Source: an uncultured Candidatus Saccharibacteria bacterium (lineage in GTDB: Bacteria > Patescibacteriota > Minisyncoccia > Phycocordibacterales > G965230995). Taken from it: 64,000 bases of DNA. Of the stretch, positions 1-9,156 are shown in pieces. The DNA lies in the NCBI GenBank assembly GCA_965230995.1, contig OZ246398.1, positions 73,868 to 137,867 on the forward strand, in the 5' to 3' direction. The notes under the pieces were generated by a model. The model was not told the DNA's origin, did no database searches, and worked only from the letters and a program-made list of their open reading frames with translations. Made by a program: the position numbers and the translations under genes. How positions within the stretch are numbered: position 1 is the first letter of the stretch; each line of letters begins with the position of its first letter.

Positions 1-77
1 GAATTTTTGGCGGGAATGCGTTTGTGTCGGCGCTTCGCGCCGACCCCATTTCGGCTTCCAATTCCGATTTTCAATTT

Positions 78-170
78 TGGCGGAGAGTGTGGGATTCGAA
101 CCCACGAGGCCGTTTAACGGGCCTACCTCGTTAGCAGTGAGGCGCTTTCGGCCAGCTCAGCCAACTCTCC
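78..170 (-). tRNA. tRNA-Ser(GCU)
   Basis: Reverse complement GGAGAGTTGGCTGAG...CCTCA-CTGCTAA-CGAGG...long variable arm...GGTTCGAATCC...CTCTCCGCCA; encoded CCA. Confidence 0.95.
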
Positions 171-312
171 ATTCGTACAACTATAATCTAATAATGTGAT
201 ATCTTCAAGCGCCGACAGTGTTGTAATTTTTTAAACTTAAGACTTTGTAAAATATATATTGATACATAATAAAGACTTTGGTGTATAATATTGAGAGATA
301 AAAAATATTTAT

Positions 313-990
313 ATGAACAAAAATGCACTCGTTATTGTAATCGTAATCATCGCCCTCGTGGTTTTGGGTTATTTTGCATATTTTGCAACAACAAAGACAA
401 ACCTTGAGGCAAAATCTTTTTTAACTTCTAAAGAAAATATAAATACGCAACCTATAAATACCGCACCAATAGTAACGACAAGAACTACAAGAACTTCGAC
501 CGCTAAATCTACTCCAAAAACATCTAGCACAAACACGAGCAAGCAGACTACTCCAGCCCCCAAACTTACTGCACCAAAAGCAACAACCACCCCACCGACA
601 CCACCAGTATCTCCGGACGCAAAATTACCAGACCTAATTGTTGAAAACATAACCATTTCTCCTGCTACTCCAACGATAAACAATAGTAATGTTGAGATAA
701 CAGTTACAATTAAAAATACAGGACAAGGCACTCTAACAAATACAGATCCAGTTTCTGTTACCATAGAATCAGACACAGGTTTCTTTACCGAAAAATCTCT
801 GTCGACAACACTTGCACCTGGCAAAACTGCTCAAGTAAAATACAAACCATTTCTAGACCTCGAAGAACCATTTGAACCGGGAGAATCAGTGATTAGCGCC
901 TATATAAATATTGATGCAATGGTTGAAGAAGAAGACTACGACAATAACGATAAAACCGTAACTGTAGAATTTCTAGAGGAGACAGAATAA
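313..990 (+). CDS. Membrane-anchored surface protein, Thr/Pro-rich linker and C-terminal CARDB-like Ig domain
   Basis: N-terminal TM helix; PDLIVENI...VTIKNTG...EEDYDNN CARDB pattern. Confidence 0.75.
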   Translation: MNKNALVIVIVIIALVVLGYFAYFATTKTNLEAKSFLTSKENINTQPINTAPIVTTRTTRTSTAKSTPKTSSTNTSKQTTPAPKLTAPKATTTPPTPPVSPDAKLPDLIVENITISPATPTINNSNVEITVTIKNTGQGTLTNTDPVSVTIESDTGFFTEKSLSTTLAPGKTAQVKYKPFLDLEEPFEPGESVISAYINIDAMVEEEDYDNNDKTVTVEFLEETE

Positions 991-991
991 T

Positions 992-3148
992 ATGGAACTT
1001 TCTGACGAGATAATAAAATACCATAAGCTGACCGAGATTCAGATAAAAGCTTTGAAAAGACTCGGACTCAAAAAAGTCCGAGATCTTTTATATTATTTCC
1101 CCACTCGTTATGGAAATACTTTTGCGATAAAAATGATACAGGATTTAACTGCCGGCGAAGAAGCTGAAGTCTACGGCACGATTAAAAAACTTAAAACAGG
1201 AAAGACATTTAAAACCAGAATGCCTTTTGCCGAAGCGGTTTTATATGATGAAACAGGCTCTATTTCTCTAAAATGGTTTAACCAACCATATATGGCAAAA
1301 CTGATTTCCGAAGGAAAAGTCGTAAAAGTAAGCGGAAAAATTAATCAGGACAAAAAAGGCCATCTTTCATTTTTAAATCCACATACAGAAGCAGTCAGCG
1401 ATGTCCCAATTGCAGTTGGTGATTCTTTATTTACAACAAGCGAAACTTCTTTGGGGATGCCTGTATATCCAGAAACAAAAGGCATTACATCGACATGGAT
1501 ACACCATGCAATAGTGAGAGCTTTCAAAAATGGAGCTTTAGATAAAATAAAAGATCCAATTCCAAAAGAAATTTTGACAAGATACAGTTTGCCATCACTG
1601 CGAACTGCATTGATTTGGATACATAACCCGAGAAAAAATGAAGACGCCGAATCAGCGAGGAAACGTTTTGCTTTTGAAGAAATATTTTTTGTACAACTAA
1701 AGAAACAACAAGAAAGAAAATTACACGAAGAAAGTGGGGCTTTCGTAATTGAACCAAACAACAAACACGTACAAGAGTTCATAAAGAGGTTCCCTTTCAA
1801 AGCGACAGATTCACAGATAAAAGCTATTGATCATATACTCAGTGATTTTAAAAAAGGTCACGCAATGTCTAGACTGCTCGAGGGTGATGTGGGTTCCGGA
1901 AAGACAGCAGTGGCTGCGGTCACAGCATTTGCTGTAGTCACAACCCCACCGCCAGACAACAAATATGGGAATTTGCAGGTGGCATATATGGCACCGACAG
2001 AAATTCTTGCGAACCAACATTTCGAAAGTTTTATAAAATTTTTCTCTTATCTCGGTGTCCAGGTCGGTCTCATTACTGGTAGTGGTTGCAAAAAATTTCC
2101 ATCAAAAACAAACCCGGGTCAATCAACTCCGATCTCAAAAGCTCAACTTTTGCGATGGGTGAAAAGTGGTGAAATACCGATCTTGGTCGGAACACACGCT
2201 CTCATTTCTAAAAATGTCGAATTTAAAAATTTGGCTTATATAGTAATTGACGAACAACACAAATTCGGGACAAAACAAAGACAAAAATTGCGAAACAAGG
2301 ACGACATTGTCCCCCATCTGTTATCGATGACAGCTACACCAATCCCGAGAACACTCGCTCTCACATTATATGGCGACCTTGACCTAACACTACTTGATAC
2401 AATGCCAGCAGGAAGAAAAAAGACAGAGACATTTATTGTCCGCCCAAAGGAAAGACAAAATATGTACGAAGAAATTAGAAACAGGCTCGAAGCCGGAAGA
2501 CAGTTGTATGTTATATGCCCTAGAATTTCCGAACCAGACCCAGACAAACAAACTGCCCTTCTTGTCGCATCAGCAGAGGCAGAAGCAAAAAGATTAAAAT
2601 CTGATGTTTTTCCAGAATTTGAAATTGGTTTATTGCACGGAAAGATGACTCCAAAAGAAAAAGACAAAGCAATGAAAGATTTTGAAAATAACAAAACACA
2701 AATATTGGTTTCAACATCTGTAGTCGAAGTCGGCGTAAACGTTCCGAATGCCACGATGATTATAATAGAAGGAGCAGAAAGATTTGGTCTGGCACAATTA
2801 CATCAATTGCGTGGCCGGGTTGCGAGAAGCAGTCATGATTCATATTGTTTTGTTTTTAGTGATTCAGAAAGAGAAAAAACAATTGAAAGATTAGAGAGCC
2901 TAATCAAAGCAAAAAATGGTTTCGAGCTTGCCGAATTTGATTTGAAACAAAGAGGACCGGGTGAACTATCTGGCCTCAGACAATGGGGAATTTCAGATAT
3001 AGCAATGGAAGCCATCAAGAATATCAAAATGGTAGAGGCAGCTAGAATTGAAGCAAAAAATATAATCGAAAGCGACAGAGAATTAAATAATATACCAATC
3101 ACAAAAGCCGAGTTCATTTATAGAACAGAGCATTTGCATATGGAATAG
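992..3148 (+). CDS. recG: ATP-dependent DNA helicase RecG
   Basis: RLLEGDVGSGKT, DEQH, MTATPIPRTL, QLRGRV motifs; OB wedge domain. Confidence 0.97.
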   Translation: MELSDEIIKYHKLTEIQIKALKRLGLKKVRDLLYYFPTRYGNTFAIKMIQDLTAGEEAEVYGTIKKLKTGKTFKTRMPFAEAVLYDETGSISLKWFNQPYMAKLISEGKVVKVSGKINQDKKGHLSFLNPHTEAVSDVPIAVGDSLFTTSETSLGMPVYPETKGITSTWIHHAIVRAFKNGALDKIKDPIPKEILTRYSLPSLRTALIWIHNPRKNEDAESARKRFAFEEIFFVQLKKQQERKLHEESGAFVIEPNNKHVQEFIKRFPFKATDSQIKAIDHILSDFKKGHAMSRLLEGDVGSGKTAVAAVTAFAVVTTPPPDNKYGNLQVAYMAPTEILANQHFESFIKFFSYLGVQVGLITGSGCKKFPSKTNPGQSTPISKAQLLRWVKSGEIPILVGTHALISKNVEFKNLAYIVIDEQHKFGTKQRQKLRNKDDIVPHLLSMTATPIPRTLALTLYGDLDLTLLDTMPAGRKKTETFIVRPKERQNMYEEIRNRLEAGRQLYVICPRISEPDPDKQTALLVASAEAEAKRLKSDVFPEFEIGLLHGKMTPKEKDKAMKDFENNKTQILVSTSVVEVGVNVPNATMIIIEGAERFGLAQLHQLRGRVARSSHDSYCFVFSDSEREKTIERLESLIKAKNGFELAEFDLKQRGPGELSGLRQWGISDIAMEAIKNIKMVEAARIEAKNIIESDRELNNIPITKAEFIYRTEHLHME

Positions 3149-3151
3149 TTT

Positions 3152-4141
3152 TTAATTCGATAGATATTTTTTACCGACTGAAACTGAGATATATCCAAGA
3201 CCGATGAATATGAACCCAAGTATTATCACTAGAAATGGCCAGGCTATCGAATCTGCAAAATACTTGAATGTAATATAAGAAGAATATCCTATAAAGAATA
3301 GCGATGTGGCAACAAGAGCACTTATACTCTTTATTTTTGTTGATATTGCAAAACAGATGAAGATGACTATGAAATATAGAGCTTCACCTAAACCAGTTTT
3401 AAGTATTTCTGCAATAAGTACACCGGAAAGTATTCCTATGCTTCCGAAAAAATACAAAAGACCAGATAATCTTTTATTCCTTCCCAAAGCAAATGTCCTA
3501 CCTAGCATTAGATAAGAGATACCGACAAGTACAGTCAGGTAGCCAAACAGACTTTCCGTTCCGTTCAAACCAAATAGACCTTCAGTACCGTTCATGTCAT
3601 TTATGAACGCTCCAAGCAATGCAAAGACGAATACGGTACCATGAACAATAGAGAAAAATGATAGGATTGGGTGTTTGTGAATATAATCAAGTATCAGATA
3701 AACTACAAACAAAATAGCAAATGTAACCGCCCCCTGCCACAAAGAAGGAATAGCTGACGTCGTCTCGAATAAAGTAACAAGCGCCCCAATAGGAACAAGA
3801 ACACCTGAAATTGTATGAAATACTGCTCCAATTTGTTCGCCTGGTTTTTTGACAAATAACACAGAACCAATAGAAGCAAATACAATCCCAAGACCTAGAG
3901 TTGAGATTATTCTACCGAAAGACCCGATATCTTCCCAAATGAGCATCATAAAAAATATTATTCCGATTACAACAATTAGTGTACCAATAGAATATAATAT
4001 TTTATTTACAGTAAGCATACCTTTGGTTACAGATTGGCTATTTGCATTAGAAATACCAAAAATATTTGTTATTTCATCCTGGCGAATTTCCCCACTCTCT
4101 AATTTGCTTTTTAGCAAAGATAATAATTGTTCTTTTTCCAT
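3152..4141 (-). CDS. Multi-pass membrane protein (DUF2157-like)
   Basis: Short soluble N-terminus then about 10 hydrophobic segments. Confidence 0.6.
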   Translation of the reverse strand: MEKEQLLSLLKSKLESGEIRQDEITNIFGISNANSQSVTKGMLTVNKILYSIGTLIVVIGIIFFMMLIWEDIGSFGRIISTLGLGIVFASIGSVLFVKKPGEQIGAVFHTISGVLVPIGALVTLFETTSAIPSLWQGAVTFAILFVVYLILDYIHKHPILSFFSIVHGTVFVFALLGAFINDMNGTEGLFGLNGTESLFGYLTVLVGISYLMLGRTFALGRNKRLSGLLYFFGSIGILSGVLIAEILKTGLGEALYFIVIFICFAISTKIKSISALVATSLFFIGYSSYITFKYFADSIAWPFLVIILGFIFIGLGYISVSVGKKYLSN

Positions 4142-4156
4142 TTTTTAATTATTAAT

Positions 4157-4711
4157 TTATAGCACCCAACCGATTAGCTTAAAATTGTTGTCGTTATAAT
4201 AGCTATCTGGCGATGAAATAGTATTCATCTTCATTTTTTTGCCGTCTTTCATTAGATAGTAACCTGATTCTGATCTGCCACCATCAAAAAACAAGAAGTC
4301 ACCTGAGCCTTCGTAGCTCCATTTGAGCATCACACCATCTGGAGATTGAACAAGGTCGCTAAGTTCATTTTTTTCTACTTCTGCAAGTGTAATTTCCTTA
4401 CTAATATTTTTTTCTGTATCGTGTTTAAAAATTCTGACTTTTTTACCTTTTGCAAAATTTTCAAAATCACTTCCCGCTTCTGGTTCTGTATAAGTAAGTT
4501 TTTTGTCTGCAACCTTGTAGTGAGCATTTATGAATTCGAGACAATTTGTCTTTTCATAATAGTATGATCCTCCATCGCAAGTAGCATATACAAAATCATA
4601 ATCAGTTTCGACCACCCTATTTGGAACGTAAACATACAAAGCAACCACAGCAAGGAATATAATTGGAATCAAAATTGCAATAGCAACTATATTTTTTCTT
4701 ATAAAATCCAT
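4157..4711 (-). CDS. Hypothetical membrane-anchored protein
   Basis: ATG at 4711 (MDFIRKN) followed by a TM helix; the longer ORF call runs through a terminator hairpin. Confidence 0.65.
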   Translation of the reverse strand: MDFIRKNIVAIAILIPIIFLAVVALYVYVPNRVVETDYDFVYATCDGGSYYYEKTNCLEFINAHYKVADKKLTYTEPEAGSDFENFAKGKKVRIFKHDTEKNISKEITLAEVEKNELSDLVQSPDGVMLKWSYEGSGDFLFFDGGRSESGYYLMKDGKKMKMNTISSPDSYYNDNNFKLIGWVL

Positions 4712-4749
4712 AATAAGTTTTTTAATTTGTAATGTTTTTATTATAACAC

Positions 4750-4780
4750 AAAACAGCCCCGCCGTAGGCGGGGCTGTTTT
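4750..4780. terminator. Bidirectional GC-rich hairpin terminator
   Basis: AAAACAGCCCCGCC-GTA-GGCGGGGCTGTTTT perfect inverted repeat. Confidence 0.75.
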
Positions 4781-4789
4781 AATCAATTG

Positions 4790-6196
4790 TTATCTAAACA
4801 AATCTAGTAATATATCTAGTATTCCTCTTGATGATTCTCCAACTGATGCAACTGAAGAATCTGAGTCTTCAGAAGCTACTGCGGGAGCAACTATATTGAC
4901 ACCTTCTACTTTTGCAACAACTGGAGCTGACGCCTCGTCTCCTGAGTATGTAATTCTGACAGTATAGTTTTCTGATACAGGTGCATTTTTAGGAATTCTA
5001 ATCAACTGCTTTCCATCATTTGTAGAAACATCGTAAGCATAAGCGATTCCATCTTTAATTAATTCAACCAAAACTTTTTCTGAAGTCTTTAGAGATACAG
5101 ACGCCCAAGTCACAGTCATTGTTCCGCCAATTGCTGACAATACAGAATCGCTATTTGGTGACGTTATCAATATAGCCGGAGCAGGAACAGCAAGAACTTT
5201 AAACGCATCACTCTTATCCTCTGTCACCACTTCACCCTTTGTGTGAGTTACTTTGAAAAAATAGTCTGATCCAGGAACAGCATCCGCTGGGATTTTAAAT
5301 AGTTTTGATTTTATATTTGATACAAAGCTAGAAACTAGAACAGCAGATGAGTCTGTCGAGTTTACATCCCCTTTATATAGTTCAACTTTGTATGAACCGC
5401 CAACTATATTTTCAGTTGTCCATTTAACCTGTATATTTTTCCCAACCGTAACTTCTACACCAGCTGTTGGTTCAACTACAGTAATTGCAGGGAGCTTTAC
5501 TTCTGGAGCTGTGATACTAAATACACCTGACTCTGCTGACAGTGCAGCTGTTGTATTAGATTCAGCAACAACGCTGACCCTTACCTTATAATCATTTCCG
5601 GCTACCAAGGTTTTTTCTGTCTTTACTTGAAAACTCTTTGTATTAGAAATATCTTGACTTGATACAACTACTGAGCCTTTTACGAGTTCAACCTTGAGTT
5701 TCTGTGCAGCAAGCATATTTGTTGTCTTCCATATTGCTTTTATGTTTGTTCCAGCAACAAATGTTGCTCCAGCAATAGGAGCGGTGACTGTGATGGTTGG
5801 ATCTGTTGGTTTTACTCCCAAACATGAAACTTCTTTTATCTTTGCCCTAGTCAAAGGACCTGTCTTTCCATATTCTACAGATTCAGTACTTGTGTCCTTT
5901 GTTACTACTCCCACTTTCTTTTGCCAAGCGAGGAGGGCCTTTGTTGTCAAAGTTCCAAAGTACCCATATTGTCCTTCTGGAACATTAAGTGTTCCATAGT
6001 CCGTAAGGAATAGCTGAAGTTTAGTAACATCACCAACACCTGAAGCAACGCCCGCTACATCTACATCAACATCTCCTTCCCTTAAGAATTTAGTAATATT
6101 TACACATGTTGCGCTTTCTGCCTGAGCCGAAACCCCAGCGATATTAGCAGAAAATGCTAAAGCGATTACGAGAATTGTTAATAAATATTTTTTCAT
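4790..6196 (-). CDS. Secreted surface protein with peptidoglycan-binding domain and three Ig-like repeats
   Basis: Signal peptide; DVTKLQLFL...GYFGTLTTKALLAWQ PG-binding pattern; repeated ITVxxP...W..KVEL.KG units. Confidence 0.75.
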   Translation of the reverse strand: MKKYLLTILVIALAFSANIAGVSAQAESATCVNITKFLREGDVDVDVAGVASGVGDVTKLQLFLTDYGTLNVPEGQYGYFGTLTTKALLAWQKKVGVVTKDTSTESVEYGKTGPLTRAKIKEVSCLGVKPTDPTITVTAPIAGATFVAGTNIKAIWKTTNMLAAQKLKVELVKGSVVVSSQDISNTKSFQVKTEKTLVAGNDYKVRVSVVAESNTTAALSAESGVFSITAPEVKLPAITVVEPTAGVEVTVGKNIQVKWTTENIVGGSYKVELYKGDVNSTDSSAVLVSSFVSNIKSKLFKIPADAVPGSDYFFKVTHTKGEVVTEDKSDAFKVLAVPAPAILITSPNSDSVLSAIGGTMTVTWASVSLKTSEKVLVELIKDGIAYAYDVSTNDGKQLIRIPKNAPVSENYTVRITYSGDEASAPVVAKVEGVNIVAPAVASEDSDSSVASVGESSRGILDILLDLFR

Positions 6197-6578
6197 AATT
6201 TTTTTAATAATAACTAATAGTTCAATTGACCTAATTGAATACTTAAATATTATACTATTCTTTCGTTAAAAGAAGAAATTAGTTATCAACAAAAAAACGA
6301 CTTCGTTATTTTGTGCGCGCGGGAGGACTCGGTCACTCTCGTGGCTTTTTATTTCGTCCATTTGATGTTCCAGGACTCGGTCACGAATCACTAAGTCTGC
6401 TCATATTGCAAAGCAATATTGCGCGGACTAAGTGTTCGCGACCCCGCCTCACTTCTGAATTCTTTTTGGCAAAAAAGAATTCAGACTCCGCTTCGCTCCG
6501 TGCGTTCCGGCCTTCTCGTCCTGTCTCGAAACACCGGACAACAAAAAAGTGTACTAAGCGTACACTTTTTTGTTGTCA

Positions 6579-6916
6579 GTGCGCGTGCCAGGACTCGAAC
6601 CTTACAGGTTCAGTACCCCGATTGGATAATTACTTCGTCCTAGACGGACTCGTAATTATGCTCAATCGGGCTTCGAGTCCTGGACGAAAAGTCCCCCGGA
6701 CTTTTCTCACCAGCACAAAACAACTTCGTTATTTTGTGCGCGTGCCAGGACTCGAACCTTACAGGTTCAGTACCCCGATTGGATAATTACTTCGTCCTAG
6801 ACGGACTCGTAATTATGCTCAATCGGGCTTCGAGTCCTGGACGAAAAGTCCCCCGGACTTTTCTCACCAGCACAAAACAACTTCGTTATTTTGTGCGCGT
6901 GCCAGGACTCGAACCT
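6579..6916 (-). repeat. Exact 157-bp tandem repeat (2 units plus the tRNA 3' end), each unit carrying the tRNA-Ile 3' 24 nt
   Basis: GTGCGCGTGCCAGGACTCGAACCT starts at 6579, 6736 and 6893; intervening sequences identical. Confidence 0.95.
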
Positions 6917-6966
6917 GGGACCACGGAGGTATAAGCTCCGCACTCTACCAACTGAGCTACACGCGC
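6894..6966 (-). tRNA. tRNA-Ile(UAU)
   Basis: GCGCGTG acceptor, TAGCTCAGTTGGTAGAG D arm, CGGAG-CTTATAC-CTCCG anticodon arm, GGTTCGAGTCC T arm, discriminator A, CCA not encoded. Confidence 0.92.
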
Positions 6967-7056
6967 ATTTGTATCGAAATACTATCGCAAACTTTAAAAT
7001 ACAGCAAATATTGTAAAAAAGTCCATATTGCAATAAAATTAAGTTTTGAAAAACAT

Positions 7057-8409
7057 ATGAAAATCTCTTTATCATCAATACTGGTATTTTTAATATCAGC
7101 ACCGTTTATTTTACAAGCCAATATCAATTCAGAAAACACGATTAATTATTCGTTAATTTTTATCTGGATTGTAGTGATCCTATTATCAGCAAAAATTTCT
7201 AGTCTTATAGAAAAAGTCGGTATGCCTTCTGTCCTCGGTGAACTTTGTGTTGGTATTGCACTAGGAAATCTAGCGATATTTGGCTTTCCGTATCTTGAAG
7301 GTATTAAAGGAAACGAAATAATCTCCTTCCTAGCACAACTGGGTGTTGTAATTCTCCTATTTCAAATTGGGCTTGAGTCAAACATTTCAAAATTACTTGG
7401 CGTCGGTATTCGGGCAATCGGCGTAGCGTTTGCAGGAGTGCTCGCAACCTTTCTATTAATATGGGTTGCTCTTCCTTTTGTCTTTCCAAACCTATCACCC
7501 CTTGCATATATATTTTTCGCATCAACTTTTGTATCAACGTCAGTAGGTATTTCTGCAAGAGTTTTTAAAGATTTAAAAAAATCAGACAGTGAAGAATCAC
7601 GGCTCGTTCTCAGCTCTGCTGTTTTAGACGACGTCTTGGGTCTAATTGTTCTTGCAATTGCAACAGCCCTTGTGACGAACGGCAATATAAGCACCTTTGC
7701 AATTTCTACTATAGCTCTCAAGGCTATTGCATTTTTGGTTTTGTCTATAGTCATCGGACATTTCACAGCGCCAGCATTTGGAAAAGTTTTTTCAAAAATA
7801 CACACAGGAGTCGGAATGAAATTTACAATTGCAATATCATTTGCACTCGTTTTTGCTTTTTTTGCAGAGAAACTTGGACTTGCTCCGATAATCGGCGCAT
7901 TTGCTGCCGGTTTGGTTTTGGACCCTGTCCATTTTGAATCATTTAGAAAACCTAGAATCGTTAGAAAATTTGAAGAAGTTCTCGGGCAATGTAGTGAAGA
8001 TGTAAAAAGACACGTCTTTGATGCAATAGATCATCACAAAACACACGACATCGAAGACCTCGTCGAACCTCTCGGTCTTTTTCTAATTCCAATATTTTTT
8101 GTACTAACTGGAATGGCGGTTGATCTTAAAACCTTTACTGATCCAAAAATATTTTTGATTTCTTTAATTCTTACTGCACTAGCAATTGCAGGAAAGCTAA
8201 TTGCTGGACTAATTGCAAAAAAGGGTCAGAGAGTATCTGTCGGCTGGGGACTTGTACCTCGTGGCGAAGTCCAGCTTATATTTGCTACTGTTGGTTTATC
8301 GCTCGGTATTTTAAATGAACAAATGTACACCACTGTTGTTCTTGTCGTTTTGCTCACATCTCTTATCACGCCAATAGTTTTGCCGTTTACTCTCAAAAAG
8401 AAAATCTAG
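7057..8409 (+). CDS. Cation:proton antiporter (CPA2 family)
   Basis: LLFQIGLE, TSVGI, AVLDDVLG, PRGEV motifs; about 12 TM helices. Confidence 0.9.
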   Translation: MKISLSSILVFLISAPFILQANINSENTINYSLIFIWIVVILLSAKISSLIEKVGMPSVLGELCVGIALGNLAIFGFPYLEGIKGNEIISFLAQLGVVILLFQIGLESNISKLLGVGIRAIGVAFAGVLATFLLIWVALPFVFPNLSPLAYIFFASTFVSTSVGISARVFKDLKKSDSEESRLVLSSAVLDDVLGLIVLAIATALVTNGNISTFAISTIALKAIAFLVLSIVIGHFTAPAFGKVFSKIHTGVGMKFTIAISFALVFAFFAEKLGLAPIIGAFAAGLVLDPVHFESFRKPRIVRKFEEVLGQCSEDVKRHVFDAIDHHKTHDIEDLVEPLGLFLIPIFFVLTGMAVDLKTFTDPKIFLISLILTALAIAGKLIAGLIAKKGQRVSVGWGLVPRGEVQLIFATVGLSLGILNEQMYTTVVLVVLLTSLITPIVLPFTLKKKI

Positions 8410-8422
8410 ACTGCAAACCAAA

Positions 8423-9118
8423 ATGTTTAAACAACAAATATCCCCTTCCTTTTCTATAAATCATTTTGATTCTCTGGAACAAACTGTTTTGGAAGCAAAA
8501 AAATATCTTTCTAATTTACTCGAAAAATATACAAAAGAAAATGTACCTGTTCTTTTTTGTGTCTCGGGCGGTTCGGCATTGTCCATAATACAAGATATAA
8601 CTTTCGATAAATTGGTCACAATAATCGCTCTCGACGAGAGATTTACAACTGATGAAAAAAATAACAATTCTATTTTAATTAAAGAAAGGATAGGTAATCA
8701 AAATAACCTAATACAGACCATCCCAAAACAAAACGAGACTCTAAATGAATTTGGAAAAAGATACGAGAGAGAAATATTCAAATGGATAGAAAATAATCCT
8801 CAAGGAAAAATAGTTGCAACAATGGGTATGGGAAACGACGGTCATACCGCTGGCATAATGCCATTTGAAAATATCAATAATTTTTCAAATGAAAATTTTG
8901 TTTACGTATACGAAACAGACAAAAGCGAACACAGACAAAGAGCAACGACGACTTTCACTTTTCTCAAAAAAATAGATAAAGCAATAATGTTTATTTCAGA
9001 TAAAACAAAAAAGCAGGAGGCTTTTAATAAATTAATATCAAAAGATGGAAATCTATCTGAGACTCCAGCGAGAATAATTTATGAAATGAAAGACGTCTCT
9101 GTATTTGTTGATTTTTAA
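8423..9118 (+). CDS. 6-phosphogluconolactonase / glucosamine-6-P isomerase family protein
   Basis: SGGS, DERF, MGMGNDGHTAGI motifs. Confidence 0.8.
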   Translation: MFKQQISPSFSINHFDSLEQTVLEAKKYLSNLLEKYTKENVPVLFCVSGGSALSIIQDITFDKLVTIIALDERFTTDEKNNNSILIKERIGNQNNLIQTIPKQNETLNEFGKRYEREIFKWIENNPQGKIVATMGMGNDGHTAGIMPFENINNFSNENFVYVYETDKSEHRQRATTTFTFLKKIDKAIMFISDKTKKQEAFNKLISKDGNLSETPARIIYEMKDVSVFVDF

Positions 9119-9121
9119 TAT

Positions 9122-9152
9122 AAAAGCGTCCCGCCGTAGGCGGGACGCTTTT
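9122..9152. terminator. Bidirectional terminator between convergent genes
   Basis: AAAAGCGTCCCGCC-GTA-GGCGGGACGCTTTT. Confidence 0.8.
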
Positions 9153-9156
9153 TATA

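Noticed and set aside
6579-6916. CRISPR array
   Set aside because: Spacers are identical and 133 bp long, the repeat is a tRNA 3' end, and there are no cas genes
6313-6934. ORFs of 157, 74 and 66 aa over the tRNA repeats
   Set aside because: Translations of palindromic repeats antisense to the tRNA; no SD or recognisable domain
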